A stretch of 64,000 nucleotides of DNA from a virus: IMG/VR virus record IMGVR_UViG_3300029705_000088. One strand, written 5' to 3'. A program made the translations under genes and the position numbers. The first letter of the stretch is position 1, and the number at the start of each line of letters is the position of its first letter. Below are positions 1 through 10,162 of this stretch, piece after piece. The notes below the pieces were generated by a model. That model saw only the letters and a program-made list of their open reading frames with translations. It had not been told where the DNA came from and did not search any database.

Positions 1-174
1 ATAATTGTTATGATAAATATACAATTCATAAGAAGAAAATAAATCATTGGCGTAGTGTTGAATATGTTTTATTAGATGATTTGAGTTTAGCTGTTTTAAA
101 TGAAATTGGATATGATGATAAAGAAGAATTTATCAAATATAATAAAGATTTTATTGTAAACTATTAAAACATAT

Positions 175-215
175 TTGACTTTTTTAAAAAAATATTATAT
201 AATATATATACAAAA
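175..215 (+). promoter_or_regulatory. consensus sigma70-type promoter (TTGACT-17-TATAAT)
   Basis: -35 at 175-180, -10 at 198-203. Confidence 0.5.
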
Positions 216-257
216 TAAAAAAACAATATAAATTATGAAAGGTTAAGGTATTTAATT

Positions 258-695
258 ATGGAAAAGAAGATTGTTAAGAGAGATTTCTTTGAGGCTTTCA
301 AGGCTATGGCTCTGGATGGCAACATGCACATTGAGGATTTCGCAGAGGGTGTAACCGATGAAATGGTAGTTGAATTCTGCGATAACGAGATTGCGTTGCT
401 TGATAAGAAGGCTGCCAAGGCTAAGGAGACCGCGGCAAAGAAGAAGACTGAGGACCCGCTGACTGCGGTAATTAAGGAAGTTCTTACTAACGAGTTTGAG
501 GCTATCGCAGATATCGCAGCTCGCATTGAAGGTGAGGATATTACTGTAAGCAAGGTTTCTTATCGTCTGAGCCAGCTTGTTAAGGCAGGTTTTGCTGAGA
601 AGGAAGAAATTTCTGTTAAGGATGGCGATGGTAAGTCCAGACGTATTATGGCTTATCGTATCGCAGTTGAAGGCGAAACTCCCACTGAGCAGTAA
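258..695 (+). CDS. hypothetical acidic protein
   Basis: Complete ORF with an upstream consensus promoter and RBS, followed by a terminator hairpin at 711-730. No motif recognised. Confidence 0.5.
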   Translation: MEKKIVKRDFFEAFKAMALDGNMHIEDFAEGVTDEMVVEFCDNEIALLDKKAAKAKETAAKKKTEDPLTAVIKEVLTNEFEAIADIAARIEGEDITVSKVSYRLSQLVKAGFAEKEEISVKDGDGKSRRIMAYRIAVEGETPTEQ

Positions 696-710
696 TAAAT
701 AAAACAATTA

Positions 711-730
711 AGCCCGCAAGGGCTTTTTTG
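711..730 (+). terminator. rho-independent terminator
   Basis: agcccgcaagggct hairpin plus T-tract. Confidence 0.55.
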
Positions 731-744
731 TTTTATAATAAAAT

Positions 745-785
745 TTGACAAAAAGAAAAATATAGTGTATAATATAATAAAGGAG
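745..785 (+). promoter_or_regulatory. sigma70-type promoter (TTGACA-17-TGtTATAAT)
   Basis: -35 at 745-750, extended -10 at 766-773. Confidence 0.5.
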
Positions 786-1020
786 AGTGAGAACTATGAA
801 ATATTGTATTTCCAATAGATAGTCAAGACAGGTTTTAGAAAAAGCCGATGAAATTAAAGTAAGATTAAATGACATCGCAAGATTAAAGAATTATATTGAA
901 GATTATCCAGATAAATCTTTTATATTAGAAATTCCAAAAAATTGTTCCAATAGAGATTGTGAATGGTCATTATTCCAAAAATATGCGGACACTGCTAATT
1001 TTAAGTTAGCAATTAAAGAT

Positions 1021-1599
1021 ATGTATTTAGCAGAATATTGCCGCAATTACAATATTCCTTTCTATTGGGATTATCCTGTATTTACTTATTATGAATTGCG
1101 TAGCTTAATAGCACAAAAACCGTGCTATATTATCCTTGAGGCGCCATTATCTTTTGATTTGGAAAATGTAAAAAAGATTACTGATATCCCAATTAGAATA
1201 TTTGCTAACATTGCTTATGATAGTTATATTCCAAAAGAAAATGGTATTTATGGCAGTTGGATACGCCCAGAAGATGTAAAGAATTATGAAAAATATGTTG
1301 ATACTTTAGAATTTTTTACACGAGATGATATAGAAAAAGAAGCTACATTATTCCACATTTATAAAGACAATGAATCATATCCTGGAAATTTAAATCTTTT
1401 ATTTACAAATTTAAACTTTAATATTGATAATAGATTAATTCCAGAAGACTTGGCAATTAGAAGAATGAATTGCGGCCAGCGCTGTATGTCGCATAATACT
1501 TGTCATCATTGTGAAACTGTGTTTAAATACGCAGAATTGGTTAAAAAAATTCATAATGTTAAAGTGAATATGGATATAGAGAAAATGAAAGAAAATTAA
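1021..1599 (+). CDS. hypothetical protein with C-terminal Cys/His cluster (CGQRC..HNTCHHC)
   Basis: ORF with a promoter-like element at about 745-785. Putative metal-binding cluster at the C-terminus. Confidence 0.45.
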   Translation: MYLAEYCRNYNIPFYWDYPVFTYYELRSLIAQKPCYIILEAPLSFDLENVKKITDIPIRIFANIAYDSYIPKENGIYGSWIRPEDVKNYEKYVDTLEFFTRDDIEKEATLFHIYKDNESYPGNLNLLFTNLNFNIDNRLIPEDLAIRRMNCGQRCMSHNTCHHCETVFKYAELVKKIHNVKVNMDIEKMKEN

Positions 1600-1640
1600 T
1601 TGATTTTATATAAAAAATATGATATAATATTTATATAAAA
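1600..1640 (+). promoter_or_regulatory. conserved phage promoter (TTGATT-17-TGATATAAT)
   Basis: -35 at 1600-1605, -10 at 1623-1628. Confidence 0.55.
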
Positions 1641-1665
1641 TAAAAATAATGAAAATGGTGAGTAT

Positions 1666-2658
1666 ATGGAAGTATTAAATAAACAAGATTATCGTTTAAT
1701 TACGCATTTACTTAAAATGTCTGATAAAGTTCTATTGAAAACTATGATGACATTCCTTCAAAAAGAATATAAACAAGTCATTGCGACAAAAGAATATGTA
1801 TATGCGGTTGGAGATATCCCGGTCGCACTGGTAGCACATTTAGATACGGTTTATAGCACCCAGCCCTCTGATATTTATTATGATTCGCGCAAAGGTGTAT
1901 TGTGGAGTCCGCAGGGACTTGGTGCCGATGATAGGGCTGGTGTATTTGCTATTTTAAAAATTGTTCGTCAAGGCTACAAGCCGCACGTTATTTTTACCAT
2001 GGATGAAGAGGTCGGTGGTAAAGGTGCTACGGCTTTAATTACTGAACATCCAAAGCCTTTTGCGGAAATGAAATATATTATTGAGCTTGACCGCAGAGGA
2101 GTAGTTGATTGCGTATTTTATGATTGCGATAATCAGTTATTTATCCAGTATGTTGAGTCTTTTGGATTTGTAGAAGCTTGGGGAAGTTTTTCTGATATTA
2201 GTGAGATTTGTCCTGCTTGGAAAATTGCTGGTGTAAATCTTTCTATCGGTTATCAAGATGAACATTCTTATAGTGAAACTTTACACATTCATCCAATGTA
2301 TAAAACTATTAATCGTGTTATTAATATGCTTAAAGATATTAATAATGTAATTATCCCATATGATTATATTCCAAATCAGTATTCTTATGGCAAATTAGCA
2401 ACATTGGCTATGGCAACTAAAAATTTTGATTTTGCTGATGAATGGGTAAATTGCGCAAAATGTAAGAAAACATTTCTTGAATATGAATTGTTTCCTATTC
2501 ATACATCAAAAACTGAAACAAAAATGTTTTGTCCTGATTGCGTTTCTAATAATGTGAGATGGTGTGCGGAGTGTGGTGAACCTTTTGAAATTGATGGAAA
2601 AAATCCGAATGAGATTAAATGCTTTATCTGTCGCAAGGAGAAGAAAAAGAATGGCTAA
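1666..2658 (+). CDS. M20/M28-like metallopeptidase-domain protein with C-terminal zinc ribbon
   Basis: HLDTV and GADDRAGV motifs are typical of Zn peptidases. Two CxxC pairs sit at the C-terminus. Consensus promoter at 1600-1640. Confidence 0.45.
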   Translation: MEVLNKQDYRLITHLLKMSDKVLLKTMMTFLQKEYKQVIATKEYVYAVGDIPVALVAHLDTVYSTQPSDIYYDSRKGVLWSPQGLGADDRAGVFAILKIVRQGYKPHVIFTMDEEVGGKGATALITEHPKPFAEMKYIIELDRRGVVDCVFYDCDNQLFIQYVESFGFVEAWGSFSDISEICPAWKIAGVNLSIGYQDEHSYSETLHIHPMYKTINRVINMLKDINNVIIPYDYIPNQYSYGKLATLAMATKNFDFADEWVNCAKCKKTFLEYELFPIHTSKTETKMFCPDCVSNNVRWCAECGEPFEIDGKNPNEIKCFICRKEKKKNG

Positions 2659-3826
2659 TTTTAATATTAATGAAATTAAAGAGCAATTTAAAATTGCTAT
2701 TCGTGTATCGCAAGGGATTGAAAATCCGCAAGTTGATGAACTGTTTGAAATTTGGTTAAATGCTAAAAGAGATTTTATTGAAGTTATGGGTGGTAATTTA
2801 ATTTATCAATATCCAGAAAAGGTTTCATTTACTCTTGAGGCAAGCCAAAAGAAGATGAAATTAGAAGACTTCATTTGTAAATTATATGACTATTATGAAG
2901 TAGAAGATTTGGCAGATTTTGTATATACAATGAAAAAAAGTTTCTTTAGTAATGTTGTATCAGAAGATTATGAAACGCCTACCGGAGAAATTATTACTAA
3001 AGGGACAAAATTAATTAAAGCATTTAAATATTTTATTAATGATAAAGAATTTCTTGCTGAATTACAAGATTTAGCAAGTCAAATTATTCAGTTAGATAAA
3101 GTTGAAGGATATATGTGTTTATCAGTTCATCCTTTAGATTATTTATCTGTAAGTGAAAATACTCATAATTGGCGTTCCTGTCATGCGCTTGATGGTGAGC
3201 ACCGCACTGGCAATTTAAATTATATGGTAGATTATTCTACTATAGTTTGTTATATTAAATCTGAAAAAGAAGAAATTCTTCCTGCGTTTTCGTTCTCTTG
3301 GAATTCTAAGAAATGGCGAACATTACTTTTCTTTTCAAATGATTGGCGTATGATATTTGCGGGAAGGTCTTATCCTTATGGATGTAAACGAGCATTAGAT
3401 TTTATTATTTCTAATTTATTATCTTCTGCTGGATTTTATTCAAATTCTAATCATAGCTGTCATTATTGCGAATGGTGTGATGATAAAATTACAAAATTTA
3501 ATATCAATGGTGATATTTTTGATATAAATCCGCACATTTATGCAGGACAAGGTAAATTAATTGATTTAAATGATTTAATTAAAAATGGTTCTATGACATA
3601 TCATTTTAATGATATTTTAGATTCATCTTATTATGATCCAGTATATTCATATTTAACTTTTGGCTCTGTTCCTATGATAAGTGAAAATACTAGATTTGTG
3701 ATTGGAGCTTCTGTACCTTGTTTGATTTGCGGCAAGAATGCTATTAATCATTCAGATGTTATGGTATGTGATGACTGTATTGGGGATTATTTATATAATT
3801 ATGATTTGAGAGAAAGGAAGAATTAA
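2651..3826 (+). CDS. hypothetical protein
   Basis: ORF with RBS aggaga before the ATG at 2651. An alternative upstream start at 2564 would overlap the previous gene. Confidence 0.45.
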   Translation: MANFNINEIKEQFKIAIRVSQGIENPQVDELFEIWLNAKRDFIEVMGGNLIYQYPEKVSFTLEASQKKMKLEDFICKLYDYYEVEDLADFVYTMKKSFFSNVVSEDYETPTGEIITKGTKLIKAFKYFINDKEFLAELQDLASQIIQLDKVEGYMCLSVHPLDYLSVSENTHNWRSCHALDGEHRTGNLNYMVDYSTIVCYIKSEKEEILPAFSFSWNSKKWRTLLFFSNDWRMIFAGRSYPYGCKRALDFIISNLLSSAGFYSNSNHSCHYCEWCDDKITKFNINGDIFDINPHIYAGQGKLIDLNDLIKNGSMTYHFNDILDSSYYDPVYSYLTFGSVPMISENTRFVIGASVPCLICGKNAINHSDVMVCDDCIGDYLYNYDLRERKN

Positions 3827-3828
3827 TT

Positions 3829-4152
3829 ATGCCAAAGGGTAGTATTGCTAAAGAAAATATTGCAAGAAAAATTGCTGAAGTATTTGGTGAAAATTTTGTC
3901 GGAGAATTTGATAAGAAATTATATGTGTGGGCTGATGATGGTGGAGAAAAAGTTCAAGTTGCTATTTCCATGACTTGTCCTAAAACCCCTATTGGAGAAG
4001 CTAATAAAGTAAATTATAATGCGGAACCGGGTAATAGTTTAGATTTTGAGAATATGTCTGCTGGACCGATTGAATTTGCTAAAGAAACAAGAGAAATTTC
4101 TGAGGAAGAAAAGAAAAATATTGATAATTTAATGGAAAGGTTGGGGTTATAA
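3829..4152 (+). CDS. hypothetical protein
   Basis: ORF tightly coupled to the upstream gene. Confidence 0.45.
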   Translation: MPKGSIAKENIARKIAEVFGENFVGEFDKKLYVWADDGGEKVQVAISMTCPKTPIGEANKVNYNAEPGNSLDFENMSAGPIEFAKETREISEEEKKNIDNLMERLGL

Positions 4153-4212
4153 TTGGAATTTAATGTTTGGAAAGAATATAATTAGGATTAGATTCTTGAA
4201 GCTTTTAATGAT

Positions 4213-4738
4213 ATGAGTTAGAATTGTTAGTTTGATGAATTTATTTAGCAAGATTTTGTAAATAATATTTATCCATAGCTAATTAATTTTTTAGAAAATG
4301 AAAAAGAAATTAATACATGTTTTTTTAATGGTAATTATGAAAAAGTAAATAAAGGTTCTCAAGCAGAAGTATTTATAATAAATAATACTTATGTAATTAA
4401 ATTTATAAATAAACTTAATAAAAATTTTTTAAAATTGAAAAGAGAAAAAATATTAGAGTTAAATTAGAAGCATATTTTTAATTTAGCTCCTTCTTATATA
4501 ATTAATTTATTTAATAGTTATAATTATAGTAATGATTTGATAGAAAGAGCAAAAAGAAAAAATCCAAAAATATCCTATTATAATTTAGATACTATAGTTT
4601 TATAGCCATATTTTGAATCCTTTTTTGATATATTAAAAAAATATTAGCAATTAGTTAGTGGTTCATAGATGCATTTAGATATAACCAATACAGATAATAT
4701 TGGCATTTCATCTAAATCAAAAATTATTTATTTTGATT
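4213..4738 (+). CDS. kinase-like (APH/CotS-type nucleotide-binding N-lobe motif) protein, TAG-recoded
   Basis: Coherent only if TAG is read as sense (about 8 in-frame TAG). Motif NGNYEKVNKGSQAEVFIINNTYVIKF resembles a kinase Gly-loop and VxK. Start is uncertain. Confidence 0.3.
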
Positions 4739-4751
4739 GGTGATTTAAAAT

Positions 4752-5906
4752 ATGTTAAATATTATTATTCCTTGTTTTAATCATCATCAATATTTAGAAA
4801 AATGTTTATAGTCAATTAAATTAAATATTTCAAATTTATCAGAAATTATTGTTTATGTTGTTGATGATTGCTCTAAATATTCAACAGAATATCTTTATTT
4901 AATTGAAAAATATAAGCAATATTTTAATTGTTTATATTTAAAAACAGAAAAAAATTCTGGGCCTGGTAATGCTCGTAATATGGCATTAAAATTATTGAAA
5001 AATAATCAAGATGATTTTACAACCTTTATTGATGATGATGATATAATTATTAATGATATATTGTGTTTGCTTGATAATAAATATGATTTTATTATTACAT
5101 AGAAAAATTCTTCTGATAATATTATAGAATCTTCAAAAGAACCTTGTGATACTTTACAAGGTATTGTTTATAATAATTCTTTTTTAAAAAGATATAATTT
5201 AAATTTTCCTACTTATATGACAGATGGATGTGAAGATTCTGTTTTTAAAACTATAACAATGTTTTTGAGCTCAAATTATATTTGTAAAAATTATTAGTTT
5301 TATCAACGAATTTATAGAACTAATTCAAATTTTACTAGAAGTAATTGTATATGGATGGAATATTTTTATTAGCAAAAACTTATTACTATAAAAGATTAGA
5401 TGATATGGTTAAGCTGTTTATTCTATTATTTAGATGAAATAAAAGATTGTTGTTTAAATAATAATGATATAATTATAAAAATTTATTTTTTATTGTTTGA
5501 TATTTTATTTGATTCAGAGCAAATAATAAAAAATAATTTTAATTTAACTTTTTAGTTTATATTAATTATGATTTATGGAATTTTAAAGTATTACAATTTT
5601 AATTTAAAAATTTCTTCTTCATTATTGCGTAACGATAGAGATATAATAATTTTAGAATTTATTGAATTAATTAAAAATAATTTTAAATTAATAGATAATA
5701 ATATTGTTTTAATTAAAAATAATACTATTAAAAATGATCTAAATAATAGTTTTTATTTAAAAGAATATAAAAATTTATTTAATTCTTTTTTAGAGCTTCC
5801 ATCAACAACACAATATTATGATATTAAATCAATGATTAAATTATTTTCTCATAATTATTATAAAACATAGTTTGAAAATATAAGGGAGATAAATAATGAA
5901 TAAAAT
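4752..5906 (+). CDS. family 2 glycosyltransferase, TAG-recoded
   Basis: N-terminus LNIIIPCFNHHQYLEKCL(TAG)SI..EIIVYVVDDCS...DDDD is the GT2 signature. Several in-frame TAG. The end lies at TAA 5904-5906 if TAG is sense. Confidence 0.5.
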
Positions 5907-6781
5907 TCAATTTCATTTACCCGGATTATTTGAAAAATTTTATTTTTATTAGAATTTTATTCAAATACTAAAAAATAATTCAGAAAAATTTTATTCAGAT
6001 TTTGAAATAAGTTCTATATATGGAGCTCCATTAAATGCGTTATGGAATGGTGGAAGATATTAGTACAATTAGACGGCTATTTCAGAAGATTTTATATTAA
6101 AATTTTTAAAAATTAATAATATTTCTTGTAGTTTAATATTTTCTAATTCTTTATTAGAAGAAAAGCATTTATCAGACACGTATTGTAATTCATTATTGCA
6201 AAAATTTAATAATGAAAATAATAGTATAGTTCTTGCTTCTAATATATTAGAAATTTATATTAGAAAAAATTTTCCCAATTATAAAATTATATCATCTACA
6301 ACTAAATGTTTAAATAATGAAGAAGATTAGTTAAATGAATTAAATAAAAATTATGACATTGTAGTTTTAGATTATAATCATAATAATAATTTTGATTTTT
6401 TAAAATAGCTCCCAAATAAACACAAATGTGAATTTTTAATAAATCCAGTTTGTATCCCAAGATGTCAATATCGCAAATAGCATTATGAAAATATTTCATT
6501 ACAAGTATTAGATCCATCTATTAAACCTTTTAAATGTAAAAATGCTACTTGTCGTATTTTTGAATATACTAAAAATAATCCTTTATTTATAAGTAGAGAT
6601 TTTATAAAAAATATTTATATACCTATGGGATTTAAACATTTTAAAATTGAAGGTAGATTAACATCAGAAGAAAATTTATTAGAAATATTATTATATTATT
6701 TAGTAAAACCTGAATATTAGGATGAAATTCGTCAAAAAATGAATGAATTAAATAATAAAATCTTAATTTGATTTTTATAAA
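5897..6781 (+). CDS. hypothetical Cys-rich protein, TAG-recoded
   Basis: RBS aagggag before the ATG at 5897. Coherent ORF with about 6 in-frame TAG and CxxC motifs. Ends at a TGA inside the next promoter -35 region. Confidence 0.35.
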
Positions 6782-6820
6782 AAAATATGATATAATATAT
6801 ATAGAAAATCAAAAAAGATA
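6778..6820 (+). promoter_or_regulatory. conserved phage promoter
   Basis: TTGATT at 6778, TATAAT at 6801, then ATATATAGAAAAT. Confidence 0.55.
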
Positions 6821-6914
6821 AAAAAATAAAAATTTTTAGGACAAGAGTTTTTAAGAAATTTAAAACTTTTTTGATTAATAATACATTTCTTTTATTTTGA
6901 TTAAAAATTATTAT

Positions 6915-6958
6915 TTGAAAATAATAAAAAAATATGATATAATATTTATAGAAAATAA
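6915..6958 (+). promoter_or_regulatory. conserved phage promoter
   Basis: TTGAAA at 6915, TATAAT at 6938. Drives the permuted tRNA-like locus. Confidence 0.55.
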
Positions 6959-6960
6959 GA

Positions 6961-7101
6961 AAGACGATTACAGCAATTTATTTTAATTATTTTTATGTGC
7001 TGACAACACCCGGGTCGTGGGTTCAAGTCCCACTTTCTATCTTAGCAGATAGAAATAGCTCAGTTGGTAGAGCAGGTAAAAGAAAATATTAAATCGTCTT
7101 G
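6961..7101 (+). ncRNA. tRNA-like element with halves in permuted order (3' T-arm/acceptor segment upstream of 5' acceptor/D-arm segment), enclosed by a 9-bp inverted repeat
   Basis: T-arm gtggg-ttcaagt-cccac plus 3' acceptor tttctat precede the 5' acceptor atagaaa (perfect complement) plus D-arm gctcagttggtagagc. Flanked by aagacgatt (6961) and aatcgtctt (7093). No anticodon stem could be reconstructed. Confidence 0.3.
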
Positions 7102-7125
7102 TAAAATTAAATAAAAAATTTTAAT

Positions 7126-7165
7126 TTGATTTTTATAAAAAAATATGATATAATATATATGTAAA
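7126..7165 (+). promoter_or_regulatory. conserved phage promoter
   Basis: TTGATT at 7126, TATAAT at 7149. Precedes the structured RNA region. Confidence 0.55.
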
Positions 7166-7184
7166 AAATAATAATAAATAAGGT

Positions 7185-7395
7185 GCTACGAAGCCATTAA
7201 GTGAACCAATACAGCTTGTTATTAGGGATGCGGGAGGGACTTAATGAAGGACCATATGGTTGAAAGCCACAGCAGCTGTAGTAAATGGAGTGAGATGAAC
7301 AGCCTTATTATAAAACGCTAAAAGAGGAAGTTAAAGTAAAGGATAGTGTACATAAAGCCTTGCTAAAAGAGAGTGCGTAATCTCTCAGAACAAGA
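7185..7395 (+). ncRNA. candidate RNase P RNA-like (type B, Firmicutes-like) structured RNA
   Basis: gaaagccacagcagctgtagtaaatggagtgagatgaacagcc resembles the B. subtilis RNase P RNA P10.1-P12 region GAAAGTGCCACAGTGACG...GAAATGGTGAGAGTGGAACGCGG. cagaacaag resembles the P4 3' strand ACAGAA. An acagcttgtt/aacaaga pairing could close the structure. About 210 nt, shorter than the canonical 350-400 nt, so it may be partial or may extend into 7396-7480. Confidence 0.3.
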
Positions 7396-7480
7396 TTTTG
7401 TCCGTTTGCTTGTTCATGTATGCCGTATTGGTGTAATGGTAGCACTTGCAGGCCCGCTGAATGCGTTGCGGGAGGAGGCA
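7396..7480 (+). ncRNA. tRNA-like structure with non-canonical anticodon region (10-nt loop)
   Basis: Acceptor gccgtat/attcggc + CCA, D-arm gtgt-aatggta-gcac, T-arm ggcag-ttcaatt-ctgtc. The cccgc/gcggg stem encloses 10 nt. Confidence 0.3.
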
Positions 7481-7895
7481 GTTCAATTCTGTCATTCGGC
7501 ACCAATCTCCCTTAGCGAAGGAGTAAGATAGACTTAGTGCTATCAAAAAAGCTAGACAGTTGGAAAGACAACCGACGGTTCCGGTGCGTAGTGGTTAGAA
7601 GCATCAACTGGGATATGATGGTAAGCCCATACAACAATAACCATCACCAACGCCCTCAAGCGTGTGTAGCAGTTTCGCTACAAGGTCCTACTCCGGACGT
7701 GGCGTTCCATAAGGAAGGCAGGAAATGGGTTTTGTCAGGGGTCCCATCACTATCAGAAAACTGTCTAATTGGAAAAACAAAAATTCCAGTAATCAACAAA
7801 TAAGTGGTTAGCCGACCTTAAGGCTAGTGTGATATATGCCAACAGTGGAGAGGTTAAGCACACGGGTGTGATATCCATCTTTCTCCACCATTTAA

Positions 7896-7972
7896 GCAGG
7901 TGTAGCCGAATTGGCATAGGCGTTAGTCTTAGGAACTAAAATGTAAGGGTTCAAGTCCCTTCACCTGTACCA
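7896..7972 (+). tRNA. tRNA, type I, anticodon TAG (would read CUA/CUG); isotype uncertain
   Basis: Acceptor gcaggtg/cacctgt, anticodon stem ttagt/actaa with loop cttagga, T-arm aaggg-ttcaagt-ccctt, encoded CCA. The short variable loop is atypical for bacterial tRNA-Leu. Confidence 0.5.
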
Positions 7973-7983
7973 AAAATCTTAAT

Positions 7984-8025
7984 TTGATTTTTTATAAAAA
8001 ATATGTTATAATATTTATAGAAAAT
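7984..8025 (+). promoter_or_regulatory. conserved phage promoter
   Basis: TTGATT at 7984, TATAAT at 8007. Confidence 0.55.
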
Positions 8026-8043
8026 TAAGAAAGGAAATAAAAT

Positions 8044-8328
8044 ATGACAAATAATACTAATGTAATTGTTGGTGGAATTTCTTTAGAAAAATGGAGAAAT
8101 GCTTTTATTAAAGTATTGGAAAGAACAATTAATAGTGATGATTTTAGTGATATTTTATTTTTTGAACTTTATCCTAATATAGAAGAAGAAATTCAAGAGA
8201 TTGAAGCGCAAGCAGAAGATGAATGTGCGGCAGAAGAAGCTGTTGATGAAATCTATGCTAGTAAATATGATTATGCGTATAAAGCTTTTAAATTAATTTT
8301 TGGTATTACTTCTATTGAACGTGAATAA
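8044..8328 (+). CDS. hypothetical acidic protein
   Basis: ORF downstream of consensus promoter 7984-8025. Confidence 0.45.
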   Translation: MTNNTNVIVGGISLEKWRNAFIKVLERTINSDDFSDILFFELYPNIEEEIQEIEAQAEDECAAEEAVDEIYASKYDYAYKAFKLIFGITSIERE

Positions 8329-8799
8329 AAAAAAATTTAATGACAGCGGATGGAGTCATTAAACTGCCGTGCTGGGCATTACAGGGTAGCGTCCGAAGAG
8401 AAAGAATTACCCTTTTCGCAGTTGTGAATCTTGCGAAACATAAATTAAAATCAATACTTTACAGCAGGATGGTAATAGCCAAATAGTTTAGAGAAAACTA
8501 AGTTGATTTTTACCCCAGACGTTTTGTGGCTGTTTAGGGCTGGGTGTGCCGGATAAAAGCCGATTGCGCGCAAGGGTTTTGCAAGGTTTCCCTCTCTGCG
8601 GATGAAAAACCAAGATAATATTTCTTATTAGAGTAGTTTTACACTCTTAATTTAATTAGTGCTTGTTGATGCTGCAAGTAAACGGGGAAGGTTTAAGCGA
8701 GCTTACGGCTAATTAAATAAAAAAGAAGTAAGTTATCTCCATGTAAAGAAGAAAATCTCGTGTTTGATTCTGAAGCAATGTACTTATAAAGTTCTTTAT

Positions 8800-8840
8800 T
8801 TGATTTTTTAAAAAATATATGTTATAATATATATAGAAAA
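8800..8840 (+). promoter_or_regulatory. conserved phage promoter
   Basis: TTGATT at 8800, TATAAT at 8823. Confidence 0.55.
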
Positions 8841-9411
8841 TTAAAAAAGATTATTTCATATGCTGTGACTGGTGTAATTGGTTAGCATCCTCTCAAGGAA
8901 CAGAGTGGTATAGGTTCAAATCCTGTGTCCAGCATTTAAATTAAAATCCTTAAAATTTATCACGGTTAAGGTTGGGTTAAGTTGTATAAGAGTTATAGAA
9001 TTTAATTTATTAAAAGTTATAATTAAATTAAACCATCAACCCCCAGAAATGTGATAGACTGATTTTTTTAAGTATCTTTTACAAAGAGGGAAAAAAATAC
9101 TTCCGTTTTTTGGCAATTTTTAACGGTGACAAAAATTGTATGGTTTCTGAATAAACCAAGAAAATTCAGCATCTGAGGACATGGATGTGGCGGCACCAAG
9201 CTCAAAGGAAGGGCGAATTCACTGGAACTTGCTTAAAATTTTTGTTACTTTTGATAAGAGCGTGATTATATAAAAGTAATACGTGATGCCGCGTGGGTTA
9301 GCGCTGACCCAAAGTGCGATTTATTAAATATGTTCGCAAACTTTCATATTTAATTACTATATATAAGTTGCGGTTTGTTGCCCTTTGTTTTCCTAAAAAT
9401 CAAACGCTCAT

Positions 9412-9496
9412 GCTCAGATGATGGAATCGGCAGACATGGGAGTCTCAAAAACTCCTGCCGCAAGGCGTATGGGTTCAAGTCCCATTCCGAGCACCA
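9412..9496 (+). tRNA. tRNA-Leu (anticodon CAA), type II
   Basis: D-arm aatcggcagac is Leu-like. Anticodon stem ggagt/actcc with loop ctcaaaa. Long variable arm. T-arm atggg-ttcaagt-cccat. CCA encoded. Confidence 0.6.
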
Positions 9497-9616
9497 TAAA
9501 AACGCATACAGCAATATAAAATGATTTGTCAAGCGGTTAAGACATCACTCAGCAACAGTGAGAACATGGGTTCAAGTCCCATATCAAAAAAATGTGTTTT
9601 GTAATTTATTGAAAAG

Positions 9617-9862
9617 GTGAAATTTATGAATGAATTTTTCGCTCTTGGTAAAATAAGCTGGTATAATTCTATTGATAATGAAGAGAATGTAGATTACATT
9701 GTTCTTACAAATATTAAAGATTTTAAAGACGCTATGTTCCAAATTGAAGAATATTATGGAAATGATTTGGTTAAAGCAGAGATTCAGCTTTTTGAAGGAC
9801 CATTTGTTCATGTCAAAGAAGAATGGTTTAATATGATTGAAAAAGATGAACATTTAATTTAA
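9617..9862 (+). CDS. hypothetical protein
   Basis: ORF between tRNA genes, with an RBS. Confidence 0.4.
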   Translation: MKFMNEFFALGKISWYNSIDNEENVDYIVLTNIKDFKDAMFQIEEYYGNDLVKAEIQLFEGPFVHVKEEWFNMIEKDEHLI

Positions 9863-9872
9863 AAATCTTAAT

Positions 9873-9915
9873 TTGATTTTTTATAAAAAATATGATATAA
9901 TATATATAGAAAATC
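9873..9915 (+). promoter_or_regulatory. conserved phage promoter
   Basis: TTGATT at 9873, TATAAT at 9896. Precedes tRNA-Lys. Confidence 0.55.
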
Positions 9916-9927
9916 AAAAAGAAATAA

Positions 9928-10002
9928 TTCAATGTAACTCAGTGGAAGAGTATCAAACTTTTAATTTGAGAGTCATGGGTTCAAATCCCATCATTGAAAC
10001 CA
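9928..10002 (+). tRNA. tRNA-Lys (anticodon TTT)
   Basis: Perfect acceptor ttcaatg/cattgaa, D-stem actc/gagt, anticodon stem tcaaa/tttga with loop cttttaa, CCA encoded. Confidence 0.7.
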
Positions 10003-10017
10003 ATTAAAAAATTTTTC

Positions 10018-10060
10018 TTGACATTTTTAAAAAAATATGTTATAATATTTATAGAAAATA
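10018..10060 (+). promoter_or_regulatory. conserved phage promoter
   Basis: TTGACA at 10018, TATAAT at 10041. Confidence 0.55.
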
Positions 10061-10162
10061 AGAAAAGAGGAAAATAAAATATGTTTAATGATTTTTCTGT
10101 CCAGATTCAGTCCGATGAAATGTATGAAGTTCTTATTGAAATGTGGAAACGAGAGGTTGAAA

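Noticed and set aside
2564-2658. Upstream start for the 2564-3826 ORF, overlapping the previous gene by 95 nt
   Set aside because: The ATG at 2651 has a proper RBS and gives a 4-nt overlap typical of coupled genes. The longer form was kept only as a note.
7308-7803. ORF-track ORFs 7308-7505 (-) and 7537-7803 (+) in the structured RNA island
   Set aside because: They overlap tRNA-like and GC-rich structured sequence. There is no RBS or promoter logic, and codon usage is unlike the neighbouring AT-rich genes. Treated as non-coding.
7480-7900. tmRNA (ssrA) in the structured island
   Set aside because: There is no tRNA-Ala-like acceptor with a G3:U70 pair joined to a T-arm at the two ends, and no tag-peptide reading frame ending in ...ALAA. 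Not supported, though no model search was possible.
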